Shown piece by piece: positions 1 through 9,487 of a stretch of 64,000 bases of DNA; position 1 is the first letter of the stretch, and each line of letters opens with the position of its first letter. The notes below the pieces were generated by a model, which saw only the letters and a list, made by a program, of their open reading frames with translations, had not been told where the DNA came from and made no database searches. The position numbers and the translations under genes were made by a program. Origin of the DNA: Candidatus Multivoradales bacterium (lineage in GTDB: Bacteria; Acidobacteriota; Thermoanaerobaculia; Multivoradales; Multivoraceae); contig CBDCWI010000002.1 in NCBI GenBank assembly GCA_965223325.1, forward strand, positions 1,728,001 through 1,792,000. Reading direction: 5' to 3'.

Positions 1-130
1 AGGCCTCGACCTCGACAATGCGCCCAGCCAGAACCCCAGCCGGCGTGCGCCGCCAGAGCACCTTGCCGAGCATCTCGGGCGCCACCTCGAGGACCGGTCG
101 GCGATAGAACGAGCGTGGCAGCACCTTCAT
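1..130 (-). CDS. DNA-3-methyladenine glycosylase (MPG/AAG family), N-terminal part; gene runs off the window start
   Basis: Own translation from ATG 130 (alternative ATG 142): MKVLPRSFYRRPVLEVAPEMLGKVLWRRTPAGVLAGRIVEVEA, the typical MPG N-terminus (F..R....VA..LLGK, GRIVEVEAY). Not in the ORF track. Confidence 0.85.
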   Translation of the reverse strand, partial: MKVLPRSFYRRPVLEVAPEMLGKVLWRRTPAGVLAGRIVEVEA

Positions 131-191
131 CGCGCGCCCCATCAGCCGCCCCTCGGAGCGCGACACCGAAGCCTCCGGTAGTCTCGGCTCA

Positions 192-1091
192 ATGTCAGAG
201 AAAACGCCTGAACGTGTCGCATTCCTTGGACTCGGTGTGATGGGTTATCCAATGGCCGGTCACCTGCTCGCAGCCGGCCACCAGGTGGTCGTCTACAACC
301 GTACACAAGAGCGCGCCGATGCGTGGCTCGCGCAATACGCACCCGGCGGCGAAGCGCGGAGCGCCAGCACTCCCGCTGAAGCCGCGCAAGGCGCCAGTAT
401 CGTTTTCACTTGCGTTGGTAACGACAACGACGTGCGCGCGGTGACCCTGGGCGGAAACGGTGCGCTCTCCCAACTCGCCCCCGGTTCGCTACTCGTCGAT
501 CACACCACCGCTTCGGCAATCGTCGCCCGCGAGCTCGACGCGGCATGCCAGGCGCGCGGCTGTGGTTTTCTCGACGCGCCGATCTCGGGCGGCCAATCCG
601 GTGCCGAGAATGGAGCTTTGACCGTCATGTGCGGGGGAAGCGAAGGCGACTTCGAGCGCGCCGTACCGGTCATCGATGCCTACGCACGACAGGTCCGCCT
701 GCTCGGCCCGGCAGGCTGTGGGCAACTGACCAAGATGGTCAACCAGATCTGTATTGCAGGGCTCCTGGAGGGGCTTGCCGAAGGCATCCACTTCGCCAGG
801 CGAGCCGGGCTCGACCCGCTGGCGGTGGTAGACGCCATCTCCAAGGGGGCGGCGCAGTCCTGGCAGATGGACAATCGCACCGCCACGATGAATGCCGGTG
901 AGTACGACCACGGCTTCGCCGTCGAGTGGATGCGCAAAGACCTGGGCATCGCACTCGACGAGGCTCGTCGCAACGGCGCCCAACTGCCGGTCACCGCAAT
1001 GGTGGACACGTTCTACGCCGAGGTCGAGAAGCGCGGCGGCAAACGCTTCGACACCTCGAGCCTGCTGTTGCTTCTCGAGGACGACTCCTAG
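192..1091 (+). CDS. NAD(P)-dependent beta-hydroxyacid dehydrogenase (3-hydroxyisobutyrate dehydrogenase / tartronate semialdehyde reductase family)
   Basis: FLGLGVMGYPMA Rossmann motif, FLDAPISGG, GQLTKMVNQ, KDL motifs. Confidence 0.92.
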   Translation: MSEKTPERVAFLGLGVMGYPMAGHLLAAGHQVVVYNRTQERADAWLAQYAPGGEARSASTPAEAAQGASIVFTCVGNDNDVRAVTLGGNGALSQLAPGSLLVDHTTASAIVARELDAACQARGCGFLDAPISGGQSGAENGALTVMCGGSEGDFERAVPVIDAYARQVRLLGPAGCGQLTKMVNQICIAGLLEGLAEGIHFARRAGLDPLAVVDAISKGAAQSWQMDNRTATMNAGEYDHGFAVEWMRKDLGIALDEARRNGAQLPVTAMVDTFYAEVEKRGGKRFDTSSLLLLLEDDS

Positions 1092-1167
1092 CTCCTGGCG
1101 CCTGGCTCCCCTGGGCCTGGCATACTTTGACCACCCCAGATCCGAAACCACGAAGCAGGTGCCCACG

Positions 1168-2544
1168 ATGACTCGAGAACACGTTCTAGCGGTCGCCGCT
1201 CTCCTCGGCATGAGCGGTCTTGTCGCCGCCGCGGGGCCCGCGGTCAGCGTCCCCGCCGAAACCGATGGGCCAACCTGGTACCGCGACGCCCTTCCCATCA
1301 TCCAAGAAAACTGTCAGGAGTGTCACCGCGAAGAGGGAGCCAACTACGGTGGCATGCGCGCGCCAATGGCATTCGGTAGCTACGAGGAAGCACGCCCGTG
1401 GGCACGCTCGATCGCCAAACAGGTCAAGAGCCGTGAGATGCCTCCGTGGGACGCCCACCCGCAGCACAATGGCGTCTTTGCCAACGAGCGCGTTCTAACG
1501 GATGACGAGGTTGACACGCTGGTGCGCTGGGCCCAGGCGGGCGCACCCGCGGGCGATCGGGCGGACGCTCCGCCAGCGCGCGAGTTCAAGAGCACTGGCG
1601 GCTGGTTGATTGGTAAACCCGATCTGGTCGTCACCATGCCCGAGCCCTACACCGTCGCCGACGAGGTCGAAGACATCTACACCGCGTTCTCGGTCGACCT
1701 TACCGAGGAGATGCTGCCGGAGGACCGTTGGGTCATTGCCTTCCAGTGCCAACCCAGTACCTCGATCGTCCACCACTTCAACCTGCATCTACTCGAACCT
1801 GACGAAAACGGAGAGCTCCCCGCGGAGCTGCCCGAGTTCCCAGTCGACGGGCAGATCGCTCCTCAACAGGCCGGTCAATACATGGGTGGAACGGCTTCGG
1901 GCAGCGAGGCCAACCGCTACCCCGAAGGCTACGGGTTTCTCCTCAAGAAAGGCTCGCGCGTGACCTTCGACATCCACTACCACAAGGAACCTGGCGCGGG
2001 CACCGCTGTTACCGACCAGAGCTCGATCGGCTTCGTGTTCTCGGAGAAGCCGCTCGACCGCATGATTGGCTCCGGGATTCGGCCGGCTATGAAGTTTGAC
2101 TTCGCCATTCCGCCCAACGACGCCAACTACAAGGTCGGTCCACTCGCGACCAAAGCATGGAAAGACACCGACCTGATCGGCCTCATGCCGCACATGCACA
2201 TGCGCGGCAAAGCTGCCAGGTACGTTGCCCGCTACCCCGACGGCACAAGCGAAGTGCTGCTCGATGTGCCGAACTACGACTTCAGCTGGCAGACGGTCTA
2301 CTACTACAAGGAAATGAAGCGCATCCCCAAGGGCACCACCATCGAGTACACCGCCTGGTACGACAACTCGCCCGAGGCGGCGGCACGCTATGGCTTCGAC
2401 TCGAACCGCGAGGTGCGCTTTGGCCAGCCGTCGACCGACGAAATGGTGATGGGGTTCATCATGGGGGCTGCGGTTCCTGAAGGCGGCGACGCGAAGGAAG
2501 ACGCCAACGTGAACACCCCCACGGAGAGTGGGGGCGGTGAGTAG
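1168..2544 (+). CDS. Exported cytochrome c + copper type II (PHM/DBH-like) monooxygenase-domain protein
   Basis: Signal peptide from ATG 1168; CQECH heme-c motif; MPPW; IVHH, IHYH, PHMHMRG, YDFSWQ and DEM motifs. Confidence 0.75.
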   Translation: MTREHVLAVAALLGMSGLVAAAGPAVSVPAETDGPTWYRDALPIIQENCQECHREEGANYGGMRAPMAFGSYEEARPWARSIAKQVKSREMPPWDAHPQHNGVFANERVLTDDEVDTLVRWAQAGAPAGDRADAPPAREFKSTGGWLIGKPDLVVTMPEPYTVADEVEDIYTAFSVDLTEEMLPEDRWVIAFQCQPSTSIVHHFNLHLLEPDENGELPAELPEFPVDGQIAPQQAGQYMGGTASGSEANRYPEGYGFLLKKGSRVTFDIHYHKEPGAGTAVTDQSSIGFVFSEKPLDRMIGSGIRPAMKFDFAIPPNDANYKVGPLATKAWKDTDLIGLMPHMHMRGKAARYVARYPDGTSEVLLDVPNYDFSWQTVYYYKEMKRIPKGTTIEYTAWYDNSPEAAARYGFDSNREVRFGQPSTDEMVMGFIMGAAVPEGGDAKEDANVNTPTESGGGE

Positions 2545-3445
2545 CTCCCCGGAGTTCGGCAGAGATTTCGAAGCCATTCGCTACGAGGTCGAAGACGGCC
2601 GCGCACGCGTGATCTTCAACCGGCCCGGGAAGCGCAACGCCCTGTCCCTGCAGCTGCTCGAGGAGATGTCGGCGGCGCTCTGGGAAGCAGACGCCGACAC
2701 CCGGGTGCACGCGGTGGTGATCAAGGGCGCCGGACCCTGTTTCAGCGCTGGCTACGACCTTTCAGGTTTCGTCGCCGGGAAGGAACCCCCGCCGCATCAC
2801 CGACGAGGTGACAGCTTCGACGACGACGCCTGGCGGCTCGAGAAGTCGCAGCGCCTGCGCATGACGATCTTCGACATGCACAAGCCGGTCATCGCGCAGG
2901 TCCATGGCCACTGTCTCGCCGGCGGCACCGACGTCGCCCTGCTCTGTGACATGGTGATCGCCGCCGACGACGCGACCATTGGCTTTCCACCGGCGCGCGA
3001 TCTCGGCTGCCTGCCCAACAACATGTGGCTCTACAACGTTGGACCGCAGTGGGCGAAACGGCTGACGTTGACCGGCGATACCGTCACCGGCAGCGAGGCG
3101 GCAGAGATCGGCCTGGTGATGAAGGCCGTTCCGGCCGAGCTCCTCGAGGCCGAGGTCGAGGGTCTGCTCGACCGCATGGCCAGGATCGACGCCGACCTGC
3201 TCTCGGCCAACAAGCGCATTCTCAACATCGGCCTCGAGCTGATGGGAGCGCGCACGCTGCAACGACTCGCCGCCGAAAACGACGCCCGTGGTCACCTGGC
3301 AAGAAGCGCCGGTGCTTTCGTTTCCAAAGTCAAAGAGCGCGGCCTCAAGACCGCCCTCAGCGAGCGCGACGCGCAGTTCGGCGACGGCCGAGCACGCGTT
3401 GGAGGCCCCGAGATTCGCGACCAGAAAGGCCACCTGGTCGATTAG
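2537..3445 (+). CDS. Crotonase / enoyl-CoA hydratase family protein
   Basis: NRPGKRNAL, FSAGYDL, KPVIAQVHGHCLAGG; GTG start overlaps the upstream stop region. Confidence 0.9.
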   Translation: MSSSPEFGRDFEAIRYEVEDGRARVIFNRPGKRNALSLQLLEEMSAALWEADADTRVHAVVIKGAGPCFSAGYDLSGFVAGKEPPPHHRRGDSFDDDAWRLEKSQRLRMTIFDMHKPVIAQVHGHCLAGGTDVALLCDMVIAADDATIGFPPARDLGCLPNNMWLYNVGPQWAKRLTLTGDTVTGSEAAEIGLVMKAVPAELLEAEVEGLLDRMARIDADLLSANKRILNIGLELMGARTLQRLAAENDARGHLARSAGAFVSKVKERGLKTALSERDAQFGDGRARVGGPEIRDQKGHLVD

Positions 3446-3449
3446 TCCT

Positions 3450-3860
3450 TCAGCGCGCCGCTTCGGCCGCCCGACCGTTGGCGACTTCGAGCCGCCAGCC
3501 CCAGAGGCTGAGCGCGGCACCTGTGAATTCTGCCGCCATGAGGACCAGCAGAATCGGCGCGCCCCCACCCTCGAGCAGGTAACTGCTCGCCCGCACCAGG
3601 CCGTAGCCCGCCAACATCATCGCCGAAGCAAGCAACCCGGTCGCGACGCGCGCGGGTGAGGTGGCGCACCAGATCAGGAAGGCGGTAATACCGAACAGCA
3701 GGCCACCGTACTGGGCACGAATCTCGGTGCGAGCGGTGGCGGTGGGAACGCCCACGTCGACCATCGCGCCGAGCTCGACCGGAACTGCCGTAAAGGCGAT
3801 CGCAAAGCCCCCGAAGACGATGACCGAGGACCAAAGGATAAGTTTCGGTAGCTGTTTCAG
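3450..3860 (-). CDS. DUF4345-like small membrane protein, probable CTG start
   Basis: TEIRAQYGG motif and four hydrophobic helices; the first helix lies upstream of ATG 3764; AAAGGAG sits 8 nt before in-frame CTG at 3860. Confidence 0.7.
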   Translation of the reverse strand: MKQLPKLILWSSVIVFGGFAIAFTAVPVELGAMVDVGVPTATARTEIRAQYGGLLFGITAFLIWCATSPARVATGLLASAMMLAGYGLVRASSYLLEGGGAPILLVLMAAEFTGAALSLWGWRLEVANGRAAEAAR

Positions 3861-3887
3861 GACCGAGTCTCCTTTCGTGGGGAATCT

Positions 3888-4532
3888 CTAAAAGCCAGCA
3901 CCTGGCTGACTGAGGTACAGGAGCTCCTCGCGCGTCGACTCACGACCGAGAATCTCGTTGCGGTGCGGAAAGCGGCCGAACTGCGCAATCACGTCACGGT
4001 GGCTTTCTGCGTAGGTAACGAACCCCAAGAAAGGTTCCTGCTGCGCGCCAGGCAGGCTGGCGGCGAGTTGGCGGCAGAGGGCGACGCTGTGCTCCTGGTC
4101 GGCGAGGTTCTCCGAATGTTCGAGCGGCAAGTAGAGAAACAGCCTCTCGATCGGTGTCAGCTGCTGGTCGACGCCCTCGGTGATCGCGCCCAATGCCATG
4201 TCACGCGCCAACGGGTCCTGGGCAAAAGCATCCGGCGTACCTCGGCAGACATTGCGCGAGAATTGATCGAGCACCACGACCACGGCCAGAAGACCGAGCG
4301 GGGTCGTCGACCAGATCGAACCGGGGGCACCGCTTCTGGTAGCCGCAAGTAGCGCGCCGAACCTCTCTTCGATCAACCGATCGACCTCGGGGTCGTGACT
4401 CCACCAGATCGCAGCCTGCGTCTGGGCAACTTCGGCGTCGTCGCCGCCCTCGGTGGGTCGGTGTCCGAACCAGTAGCGCAGCACCTCGAGCAGTCGCGGC
4501 GGAGCTCCTTTGTCGTAGCGACCCTGGTTCAT
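3888..4532 (-). CDS. DUF924 family protein
   Basis: YWFG, LDQFSRN, FLYLPLEHSE, FGRFPHRNEILGRESTREE; ATGA overlap with the upstream gene. Confidence 0.9.
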   Translation of the reverse strand: MNQGRYDKGAPPRLLEVLRYWFGHRPTEGGDDAEVAQTQAAIWWSHDPEVDRLIEERFGALLAATRSGAPGSIWSTTPLGLLAVVVVLDQFSRNVCRGTPDAFAQDPLARDMALGAITEGVDQQLTPIERLFLYLPLEHSENLADQEHSVALCRQLAASLPGAQQEPFLGFVTYAESHRDVIAQFGRFPHRNEILGRESTREELLYLSQPGAGF

Positions 4533-5599
4533 CCCGTGCCGCCTTCGAACACCGCCTCGAGGAGGCCCTCGCCGGGCCACCGAATCGGATCTTCGGCCAC
4601 CAATCCGGTCACCGCATGCGCCTCCTCGAGCGCTCTTAGTGCCGCCTGGTCATCGAGCCGCCAGGTCGAAAGCGCCAGCGCCACGACCGGCGACGGCTTG
4701 ACCCAGGCCGCGGCCTGCTGATGAATGTCGACCAGCTCGGGCAGCGACGGCAGCTCACGACCCGGGCAGTGGCGCACCTCGAGGCGACCGGCTTCGTGAC
4801 AGAGCACCATGGCGTCCGGGCGCGTGCCATGCAGAAGACCGAGACTGACGCCACTGAAGAACGGGTGGACCAGACTCCCTTGCCCTTCGACCAGCACGAC
4901 CCCCTTCTGGCCGGGCAGGCGCTCAACCGCTTCGTCGACGAGGCGCTCGGCGGCGCCGGCGACAAAGTCCGAAATCACCCGATCGATCGCCATGCCGTGG
5001 CCTTCGAGCAGCACCCCAGTCTGGCCGGTGGCCACAAACTCGACCGCGTGGCCGGCTGACCGAGCTCGCCGGGTGAGGGCTCGCATGGCGGTCATCTTGC
5101 CGACGTTGCAGTCCGAGCCGACCGCCAGAACCACATGAACAGCCGCGGGCCGCGGCGCCAGAGTGGGCACCGAAAGATCACTCGGCACCGAGCGCAAGTC
5201 GACGATTGAAGCGCCGCTTGCCTCGGCTGCCGCAGCCAGCTGCGGGTCCTGGGCGAGTTCGGTGTGCAAGCCGTTCCAGACCGAAAGACCCCGGCCCAAC
5301 GCCTCTTGCAGCTCACTTCGCCAGCGTTCGGGCATCCGGCCGCCGGGGAGGGCGGCGCCGACCAGCAGGCGCTCGGCTCCCTTCTCGATGGCCTCATCGA
5401 GGGTGCGCACGATGGGGACACCGCGACCGACGCCGAGAACTTCGCCCACCGTTCGTTCCGGACCCTGGTGGTCGCCATCGATCACCGCGACGACGGTCTC
5501 GGGACGCTCCATGAGGAGCGCCATCCCGGTCTTGGCCTGGCTGCGATCGAGCGAACCGTGCATCAGGATCGCCCAACGGGGATGCTCGGAGGAACCCAT
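4529..5599 (-). CDS. DUF1611 family protein (DgcN-like N-acetyltransferase, P-loop-like)
   Basis: AKTG, NGLH, GSDCNVGKMT, ATGQTG, DFVAGA, VEGQGSL, GLLHG motifs. Confidence 0.88.
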   Translation of the reverse strand: MGSSEHPRWAILMHGSLDRSQAKTGMALLMERPETVVAVIDGDHQGPERTVGEVLGVGRGVPIVRTLDEAIEKGAERLLVGAALPGGRMPERWRSELQEALGRGLSVWNGLHTELAQDPQLAAAAEASGASIVDLRSVPSDLSVPTLAPRPAAVHVVLAVGSDCNVGKMTAMRALTRRARSAGHAVEFVATGQTGVLLEGHGMAIDRVISDFVAGAAERLVDEAVERLPGQKGVVLVEGQGSLVHPFFSGVSLGLLHGTRPDAMVLCHEAGRLEVRHCPGRELPSLPELVDIHQQAAAWVKPSPVVALALSTWRLDDQAALRALEEAHAVTGLVAEDPIRWPGEGLLEAVFEGGTG

Positions 5600-5764
5600 G
5601 GGGCGCACTTTAGAACACTAGGGGTGGTGTGATCCGGCCAATGGAGGCTCACCTCAAACGACTCGAGGGCCGCGCCCTCCTTCGAGAACGCGACCCTCTC
5701 GCCCTGGTGTCGCCAGCCAGCGACCAGTCATGCCGACGGCTTACCGAGGATCAACCGATGAGCT

Positions 5765-6298
5765 TCAGCCCTGGCCCGGACCGCCGGGTCCGCCGCGGCG
5801 CCCCCGCGGACCACCACGCCGACCGTGCTTGCCGCGGCGCCCTCCTCTACCCTCACGCAGGGTTTCGAACTTGATCCGCTGCTCGTCGTCGAGGAGAGCC
5901 GTCAGGTCAGTCTGAAGCGCCTCGTGCGCCGACTTCATTTCCTCACGCAGGGCGCGTCCCTGGAGCTGGAGTTCGCCGATCGCGGTTGCATCGTTGCTCG
6001 ACTCGAGCGCTTCGCGAGTCGCCTCACGGTTGGCCTGCATCCGTTCGCGAAGCGGCTCAGTGACAGCGCGGTGCGCCTCGTGGATTTCGTTCCAGGCTTC
6101 CTGCTGGTCTTCGCTCAGGTCGAGGATCTCGAACAGCCGCGCCTGATGCTTCAGAGCGCGTGCTTCGTGGTTGCCACGCTCACCGCGACGACCTTCTGGC
6201 GGTTGCGCGGTGGCAGCGGTTGCAACGGTGGAAAGAAACAGAAGGGCGGCGCAGGCGAAGGCGCCGCTACGAGGCGTTCTGAAGCGATGGATGTTCAT
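5765..6298 (-). CDS. Spy/CpxP-family periplasmic protein
   Basis: Signal peptide; LDLSEDQ and LLDDEQ (LTxxQ-like) motifs; Gly/Arg-rich tail; AGGAG SD. Confidence 0.8.
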   Translation of the reverse strand: MNIHRFRTPRSGAFACAALLFLSTVATAATAQPPEGRRGERGNHEARALKHQARLFEILDLSEDQQEAWNEIHEAHRAVTEPLRERMQANREATREALESSNDATAIGELQLQGRALREEMKSAHEALQTDLTALLDDEQRIKFETLREGRGGRRGKHGRRGGPRGRRGGPGGPGQG

Positions 6299-6400
6299 GT
6301 CGGGTCTCCTTGGGTTGTCTTCGAAAGGGGCGTTTCCCCATCGTCTGAATGAGAATACGGAGACTGGCGAGAACGTTGGTTCAGAAACAGAAAGCGATTG

Positions 6401-6417
6401 GTAAGCGGTCTGTAAGG
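6401..6417. promoter_or_regulatory. GTAAG-N6-GTAAGG direct repeat, candidate OmpR/CpxR-family box upstream of the spy/cpxP-like gene
   Basis: gtaag cggtct gtaagg, 11-bp period; the same pattern recurs at 7634-7650. Confidence 0.6.
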
Positions 6418-6428
6418 CTGTCGGGACC

Positions 6429-7598
6429 TCATGGGTTGCCAGGCGAAGCCGGGTCTTCGACTTCTACCGCGGCTGTCGCGAAGCCGCCGCCTGGCCGCCT
6501 CACGTAGCGGGCATCGAAGAACCTGACCAGGGCTCCATCGTCATCGGCCGCAGCTTCAACTGTTGCCCACGGGAACCGGGCCCAGCCTACGAAGCCCGCC
6601 ACACAAGGATCGCGCCAGGCGCGGGCGACGATGGTGTGTGAGTCTCGAAGCGCGACCGGTTCGATGACGTCCGATTCGAGCACAAGACTCGGCTCGGGAA
6701 GCCAGGAGAACCGAGCGAAGCGGTAGCCGTCGACGGTTCGGGCAACAACTTCGCGTTCGAACGGGGTCACCGGAACCGGCGCCACCATCAACCGGCTGGC
6801 CTCCGGATAGGTGGCCGAGTCGACCAGCTGCACGCCACGACGGTCGAGTTCATTGAGGGTGAGAAGGCGCGCCGTCCGACCGGCAAAGAGCATCGAAGCG
6901 ATGTAGACCACGAAGAACGACAGCGCGAGGGCTGCCAGTCGACCGCGGCGATCGGTCCCAATGTCTGGGGAGTCCGCCTGCTTCATAGCGCCTCGTCGCA
7001 GGTTCCGGTCCAGCCACACCACCACTAGAAGCGCCACGAGCCACAGGAGCCTTGCCCAGCCGGGCGCCGCGACCATCACTGGAACCGTTGCGAGCGCGGC
7101 GGCCACTGCAGCCGTGCGTCGCAAGCGCGGCGAAAGGTCACTGCCAAGAAAGACCGCCGCACCTAGGGCCCACCACATCCAGGGGTCAACGATGAACACC
7201 GCATCGGCCTGGAACCAACTGCGATCGAACGGCATGAGGAGACGCACCCCGTAGGTGTTGAGCCAATCAAGGGCCGGGTGGCTAAGGACGCCTAGAGTCG
7301 TCAGACCGGTCCAGGCAAGGAGCGGCGCTTTGGTGGCACCACCAAAGCGCTTCTTTCGCCGGTGCCAGAGAACGAGCGCCAGCAGCTGCAGGCCGATCAA
7401 GAGCAGCCAGCCCAGCGGGCCGTGAGTGAAACCGCGCCGGAGCAGGAGTGCTGCATCCGAGCCCAGGAGGTAGGTCAGAGCATCGATGTCGGGCAGGTTC
7501 GCCGCACTGACCAGGACGACGGTCGCGGCTGGAACCTTGCGGGCCCATGGGGTCCGCGACACCGCCGCCCCGAACAGAGAGTGAGCGATCGGATCCAT
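6429..7598 (-). CDS. Inner-membrane metal-dependent hydrolase (YdjM / LexA-binding family)
   Basis: MDPIAHSL, ANLPDID, RGFTH, SHPALDWLNTYG, FIVDP. Confidence 0.85.
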   Translation of the reverse strand: MDPIAHSLFGAAVSRTPWARKVPAATVVLVSAANLPDIDALTYLLGSDAALLLRRGFTHGPLGWLLLIGLQLLALVLWHRRKKRFGGATKAPLLAWTGLTTLGVLSHPALDWLNTYGVRLLMPFDRSWFQADAVFIVDPWMWWALGAAVFLGSDLSPRLRRTAAVAAALATVPVMVAAPGWARLLWLVALLVVVWLDRNLRRGAMKQADSPDIGTDRRGRLAALALSFFVVYIASMLFAGRTARLLTLNELDRRGVQLVDSATYPEASRLMVAPVPVTPFEREVVARTVDGYRFARFSWLPEPSLVLESDVIEPVALRDSHTIVARAWRDPCVAGFVGWARFPWATVEAAADDDGALVRFFDARYVRRPGGGFATAAVEVEDPASPGNP

Positions 7599-7633
7599 GG
7601 CCGGAGACTAGCCCGCCCTCTCAGCGGACCAAA

Positions 7634-7650
7634 GTAAGTTCGTCGTAAGG
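7634..7650. promoter_or_regulatory. Second GTAAG-N6-GTAAGG direct repeat in the divergent hydrolase / histidine kinase promoter region
   Basis: gtaag ttcgtc gtaagg, 11-bp period. Confidence 0.6.
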
Positions 7651-7691
7651 CAGGGCATCGAACCCACCCTAGATTGCTAATGTTCAGCGTG

Positions 7692-9434
7692 ATGTCGAAC
7701 TTCGGACAGCTGCGTTTTCTCGGCCTGCCCCTTGCTCTAGCTGCACTCCTGCTCGCAGCTGCCTTTCTGCAGTACCGCTGGCTCGGGGAGATCAGTCGCG
7801 CTGACCGCGAGCGCCTCCACGCCGATCTCTCCCATTCCACTCGCTCGCTAGCGACCGAACTCGAACGCGAGGTGGGTCGTCTCCGGCTGGCCATGGCGGC
7901 CGGATCGCTGCATCGTCCGCCACGCGGTTCAGAGGACGCGAGGCGCCGCAGGCCGGGGCCGCTCACGGTCGCAAAAGGTATCTCCAGCTGGCAACAACGA
8001 TCACGCTGGCCCGAGATGCTCAAGGGGGTCTACCTCCTCGAGACCGGTCGCGACGGCTCACGTCTTGCGAAGTTCACCGACGATGAAACTCCACGACTCG
8101 AACCGATTGAGCCGGCGAACGCACCGCCGGCGATCAAGAAAGCACTGGCGAAGCTACGCGAAAGCGGCCGCGGCAGGCAGGCACACGAGATATTCAATCG
8201 CCAACCGGTGCTCGAAGGCCCGATCGTCATCGGGCCACCAGTCCCCGTCGGGCGTACGGGCCGGCGACGCGGTTTCCCCATCGCGCTCCTCGACCGCAAC
8301 GTCATGGCGAGCGAGGTCATCCCCCAGCTGGTCGCCCAGCACTTCGGCGACGGAGAAACGCGTCGCTACGACCTTGTGGTTGCGACCGCTACCGGCGAGG
8401 AGCTCTTCGCGCTCGGTCAGGTCGACGACCCGGACGCCAGCGTCGACCTGCTCACGGTGCGGCGCGGAGCAGGCCTCGGGGCGGGCGAGCGCCCCGGAGG
8501 TAGGCACGGTCGCCTCGCAGACCGTGATGCCGAAATCCCACTGCGCGGTGAGCACGGTATCTGGACCCTCGTGGCCCAGCACCGCGCCGGGTCGCTCGAC
8601 GCGGTGGTCGATCGCGCGCGGCAAAGGAACGCGGCGATTGGGCTTCTGATCCTCGGGCTGATGGGGGCGACTTCGCTTCTCCTGGTGCGCTCCGAGCGCC
8701 GCGCTCGCCACATGGCGCAGCAGCAGGCCGAGCTGGTGGCAGGAATCACGCACGAGCTGCACACTCCGCTCGCCGCCATCCGCGCCGCCGGTCAGAACCT
8801 TGCTGACGGTGTCGTTCAGGAACCGGAACGCGTTTCAAGCTACGGTGAGCTCATCATGCGCGAGGGGCAGAGGCTATCGACCCTCGTCTCGCAGTCGCTC
8901 GACTTTGCCGGGATCGTCGGAGAAAGGCGAACCCTCAACCTCGAAGAACTCGAGCTCGAGCCACTCCTCACAGCGGCGGCTGAAAGCGTCACCTGGCTGG
9001 CCGAAGAGCGAGGCAGCCGCGTCAGAGTTGAAGCCAGTGACGACCTGCCTCCGCTTCGAGCCGACCACGACGCATTGCGGCGTGCTCTGACCAACTTGTT
9101 GGTCAACGCCCTCAAGTACGGTCCCGATAGCCAGCGGGTAACTCTGAGAGCGCGAAGCGACGGTGCCCACCGGGTCTACCTCGAGGTCGAGGATCAGGGT
9201 CCGGGAATCCCTGCCGGCGAACGCGGGGCTGCCTTCGAACCCTTTGCCCGTGGAAAGGGCGCCCAGCACAACACGGTTCCCGGGAGCGGCCTTGGCCTGG
9301 CAATCGTCGAGCGCACGGTCCTCGACCACGGGGGGACCGTCGCCATTCACGATGGACGGACCGGCGACTCCGAGAACCCGGGTTGTGTGGTGTCGATTCG
9401 CCTACCTGCTGAGCTGCCCATGGAAGACGGGTGA
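7692..9434 (+). CDS. Membrane sensor histidine kinase (start uncertain, 7674-7692)
   Basis: Two TM segments; H-box ITHELHTPL, N-box NLLVNALKY, G boxes DQGPGI and GSGLGLAIV. Confidence 0.93.
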   Translation: MSNFGQLRFLGLPLALAALLLAAAFLQYRWLGEISRADRERLHADLSHSTRSLATELEREVGRLRLAMAAGSLHRPPRGSEDARRRRPGPLTVAKGISSWQQRSRWPEMLKGVYLLETGRDGSRLAKFTDDETPRLEPIEPANAPPAIKKALAKLRESGRGRQAHEIFNRQPVLEGPIVIGPPVPVGRTGRRRGFPIALLDRNVMASEVIPQLVAQHFGDGETRRYDLVVATATGEELFALGQVDDPDASVDLLTVRRGAGLGAGERPGGRHGRLADRDAEIPLRGEHGIWTLVAQHRAGSLDAVVDRARQRNAAIGLLILGLMGATSLLLVRSERRARHMAQQQAELVAGITHELHTPLAAIRAAGQNLADGVVQEPERVSSYGELIMREGQRLSTLVSQSLDFAGIVGERRTLNLEELELEPLLTAAAESVTWLAEERGSRVRVEASDDLPPLRADHDALRRALTNLLVNALKYGPDSQRVTLRARSDGAHRVYLEVEDQGPGIPAGERGAAFEPFARGKGAQHNTVPGSGLGLAIVERTVLDHGGTVAIHDGRTGDSENPGCVVSIRLPAELPMEDG

Positions 9435-9487
9435 TGCGGTCATCACACACCCTCCCCTCTCTAGACTCGCTACCCGCTGCTCAGAGT

